Positions 35,065 through 37,730 of a stretch of DNA of 37,730 nucleotides are shown here, in pieces. The position numbers and the translations under genes were made by a program. Every line of letters starts with the position of its first letter. The first letter of the stretch is position 1. The stretch is from a virus (taxonomy: Duplodnaviria; Heunggongvirae; Uroviricota; Caudoviricetes), in IMG/VR virus record IMGVR_UViG_3300009502_000023, positions 1 to 37,730 of that record. One strand, given 5' to 3'. Under the pieces are notes generated by a model. The model saw only the letters and a program-made list of their open reading frames with translations, did no database searches and was not told where the DNA came from.

Positions 35065-35772
35065 ATGAACTTATGCCAATATGGATGTGAACAACAAGCA
35101 TTATTTACTTTAAAGAATGGTAAATACTGCTGCTCATCTAGTTATAATAAATGCCCTGCTGTCAGAATTAAAAATGCTTCTGGTGTAAAAAAATCGTATC
35201 TTAATGGAAGAATTACATCAAAAGATTATCCACCCGAGGCGAGATATAAAATGGGATCTTCTGGTCGAGGAAAAACAAAGTTTAATTGTGAACATATAAA
35301 AAGGAATATAGATACATATAAAAAGCATTTAAAAGAAGGAAAATTTATTCCTGTTTTTTTAAATAGGAAACATTCTAGAGAATCTATTAGAAAGATTAGA
35401 GAAGCAGCAATTGATATTGTTGAAAAACAATGTTTGAACGGAGCGCCTATTTTTCCGAGAGTTGGAAAAAACGAAGATTCCTGCTTTCAGATCTTGTCTG
35501 AATTGATATCGTATCCTATACATCGAAATATTAAAATAATTGGTTATTTCCCGGATGGTGTAATTCCTGAATTAAAAATAATAATAGAATTTGATGAATC
35601 TTTTCATTTTAATACAGATGGTTCATATCTTCAACGTGATATTGATAGGCAGAAAGATTTAGAAGATGAGGGTTATATATTTTACAGAATTAAAGAACAT
35701 GAATGGCTTTCGAATCGAGAAACAATAATTGATGATTTTTTGGGCAAGTGGCGAAACTGGAAATACGCATAA
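35065..35772 (+). mobile_element. homing-endonuclease-like gene (Cys-rich N-terminus + Vsr/DUF559-like nuclease)
   Basis: CQYGC..CCS..CP; GYFPDGV..IIIEFDESFH, RDIDRQK, FYRIKE; last 31 nt lie inside tRNA-Leu. Confidence 0.78.
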
Positions 35773-35827
35773 GACTTAGGATCTTATGATTAAATTCATG
35801 CGGGTTCGAGTCCCGCCTTGCCCACCA
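35742..35827 (+). tRNA. tRNA-Leu(UAG)
   Basis: GGGCAAG/CTTGCCC, TAAGA-CTTAGGA-TCTTA, variable arm, A73, CCA. Confidence 0.93.
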
Positions 35828-35865
35828 TTTATACATGAACAAATAAATAGTTATAAATTAAAACA

Positions 35866-36312
35866 ATGAGGTGTATTATGGGCGGATTCATGTTTAACGG
35901 ATTGTTTCTTGGAATATCAACCCTAGTATGTTTGATTGGATTAATTGGATTACTTGTGTTGTTAGCTTTTAAAGATAAAGACAGTACTAGTATAGGAAGA
36001 ATTCTTTCTCAGGTTACTTCAGCTAAATGGATTTTGACTGTATTGGCTGGTATATCTTTTTTGATGTTTAGTGCTTCCGTTGTGATTGTAATTATTCATC
36101 AAAGAGATAAGATTGATACTGCATTAGCTGTATCGATGATGGGTAATTTACTTATCTTGATTCAGAGTGTTTATAACTTGTACTTCAATAGAAAAGATGA
36201 TCAGAAACTAAATTCTTCAGATCAATCTAATGATAATTCACCCCAACTAAAGAAACCACAATTTACAAATACAATTCCGCCCATTGAAATCAAACCACCG
36301 GAGCAGAAATAA
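35866..36312 (+). CDS. three-TM membrane protein
   Basis: Three hydrophobic segments followed by a polar, Pro-rich tail. Confidence 0.65.
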   Translation: MRCIMGGFMFNGLFLGISTLVCLIGLIGLLVLLAFKDKDSTSIGRILSQVTSAKWILTVLAGISFLMFSASVVIVIIHQRDKIDTALAVSMMGNLLILIQSVYNLYFNRKDDQKLNSSDQSNDNSPQLKKPQFTNTIPPIEIKPPEQK

Positions 36313-36482
36313 TGGCTGATCGATATAAATGTCTTATTTGTGGAAGAGATAAGTTCTATAGAATGTGGCAACCACACAGGTGTGGTTCTGGTTTAACAAA
36401 GAACTGGAAGAAGATTGCAAAACTTTATGGAATTATAGGTCCATCATTTATTAAAGTGGAGAACGAAGATGTCAGTGATTAA
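36312..36482 (+). CDS. 56-aa Zn-binding-like protein (missed by the ORF track)
   Basis: MADRYKCLICG...PHRCG...; TAATG coupling. Confidence 0.5.
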   Translation: MADRYKCLICGRDKFYRMWQPHRCGSGLTKNWKKIAKLYGIIGPSFIKVENEDVSD

Positions 36483-37002
36483 TGCTAAAAGTAGTATTCC
36501 TTCGATTGGTGATATGGTCGATCGAGTTCAGACAAGTACAAATAAAAAGTTTGCTCAAATCACATTTCAAAGCGGTAAGAAAATTATTCTTCCTATTGAT
36601 GAATCTGAGTTTAATAAAGCAATTTCTAATAAACCAGTAGTCAATGATGTACAGCCACCCAAACAACTTTTGAAGAAAAAAGTAGTGACCGGTAGTAAAG
36701 TAAATGAGATGACTCGTAATAGTCCAGAAGATGCTGATTATAAAATGAAAGCAATAGCTACATTAGCTAAGATGCAAGGAAGTACACCAGCAGAAATTGA
36801 AGAGATGTTGAATTCTCAGAGAGTGTCGACTCAAGTTGTTTCAGAAAATGGAGCCGTGCCAGATGATGATTTTAAAGCAAAAGCTCAAGCAGTATTAGAA
36901 AAATCTCAAGATAGAGCAACTCGAATGGCTGAGCAATTATCAAGTAAGAATGGTGGAAAAACAGATAAATCATTCGGTGGAAAAACTTCAATTTCTATGT
37001 AG
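36469..37002 (+). CDS. hypothetical protein
   Basis: 177-aa ORF. Confidence 0.7.
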   Translation: MSVINAKSSIPSIGDMVDRVQTSTNKKFAQITFQSGKKIILPIDESEFNKAISNKPVVNDVQPPKQLLKKKVVTGSKVNEMTRNSPEDADYKMKAIATLAKMQGSTPAEIEEMLNSQRVSTQVVSENGAVPDDDFKAKAQAVLEKSQDRATRMAEQLSSKNGGKTDKSFGGKTSISM

Positions 37003-37016
37003 GTTATTTTTCGTGC

Positions 37017-37092
37017 CGTCCTGTAACTCAATGGTAGAGTGTCGCCTTTACATGGCGAAAGTTTGGGGGTTCGAGCCCCCCCGGGACGACCA
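37017..37092 (+). tRNA. tRNA-Val(UAC)
   Basis: CGTCCTG/CGGGACG, TCGCC-TTTACAT-GGCGA, GGGGG-TTCGAGC-CCCCC, CCA. Confidence 0.9.
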
Positions 37093-37730
37093 TTTTCTTA
37101 TCATATAAAGATTTTAAATCTTTTCCATATTTGGAATATACATATTCAAATTGCACTACTAAATCTTTTCCAAAAAGAATAGTTAATTTATATGGGAATT
37201 GTTGAATTTTATATTGATCATTATCTTTAAGATAATTTTTAGTTTCAATATATTCATCTCCTTGTTTAAAATCAGGATAATAACTATGAGTTTTTCCATC
37301 CGGAGTGATGTATGGAAATGGTGTTTGATTTCTTTCGAATGTAATATTATGATCTAGGTTGTAAATAACCCACACTAGTTCATATGTACTATCACACCAT
37401 ATTCCTTTGTAGTATCCTTTAAATGAATTTCTTCCACCTTTATTTTCTGCACCAGGACCGCCAATTTTGCAAAATTTATTACCATTCTTTTGATCAATTA
37501 CATTACATGCTTTAGAACAATAAGTTTTATTATTCCATTCAACTACTGTAAATGGTTTTGAACAAATTGGACATATTTTTTGTATTTTTTGATATTTTGA
37601 AGTTCCTTTGTTTGGTGGTGAAATACCAGAACATTTCATAGAAATTTTTCTTTTAGTTTCTTCAGAATGAACTTGTCTGTTGGCACATGACTGAGAACAG
37701 AATCTACCACTACCATAAGTTCCATCATGT
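37028..37730 (-). mobile_element. homing-endonuclease-like gene, TnsA-like PD-(D/E)xK type (5'-partial)
   Basis: Frame is open to the window edge (HDGTYGSGRFCSQSCANRQVHSEETKRKIS-MKC...); CPIC, YCS..C, CDSTYE, YYPDF, YIETKNY. 3' end runs antisense into tRNA-Val. Confidence 0.8.

Noticed and set aside
35065-35827. Group I intron carrying an endonuclease inside a tRNA
   Set aside because: Each tRNA is contiguous and complete, and no intron core elements were seen.
35866-36312. Three-TM protein as the holin
   Set aside because: The topology fits, but there is no adjacent lysin; left as an unknown membrane protein.
1068-36666. Short antisense or alternate-frame ORFs in the track (e.g. 1068-1250, 8771-9175, 13250-13630, 15078-15383, 24239-24676, 26711-27028)
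   Set aside because: They shadow better-supported genes or RNA genes and lack RBSs and motifs.
1-37730. Genome-wide stop-codon reassignment (TAG or TGA), suggested by the in-frame stops at 14169 and 33669
   Set aside because: Standard-code coding density is high; TAG ends intact genes (e.g. helicase at 9308), TGA occurs in many ATGA overlaps, and no CUA or UCA suppressor tRNA is in the window.
1-37730. CRISPR array, IS transposase or integrase
   Set aside because: No regularly spaced direct repeats and no DDE, HUH or recombinase motifs recognised.

Overview
A 37.7 kb AT-rich segment of a large tailed bacteriophage, probably a jumbo or huge myovirus (PAAR spike tip, T4-like CTD-less type IIA topoisomerase). 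Nearly all genes are on the + strand. The left ~10 kb is a replication and DNA-metabolism block: SSB-like protein, radical SAM enzyme, topoisomerase B and A subunits split by a free-standing endonuclease, QueD and an SF2 helicase. The remaining ~27 kb is an accessory and translation region. It holds 15 CCA-encoding tRNAs scattered among small ORFs, a one-piece tmRNA, and RNA-repair/ribosome-rescue-type enzymes (RlaP-like nucleotidyltransferase, PNK-like kinase, metallophosphoesterase, DHDLG receiver domain, SLOG, Pth2-like). It also holds a DenV-like glycosylase and a SleB-like hydrolase. Six homing-endonuclease-like genes plus one remnant occur across the whole window. The most unusual signals are: a circularly permuted tRNA-like RNA ending in NCCA (13399-13472); a second tRNA-derived RNA with a large D-loop insert (11997-12120); tRNAs with rare anticodons, Ser(ACU) and Ile(UAU), the latter behind a 12-bp antisense leader; and a repeated TAGAAYAAA motif lying in or at the base of the loop of RBS-occluding hairpins in front of endonuclease genes. 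All calls come from motif recognition and hand folding; no database searches were run.
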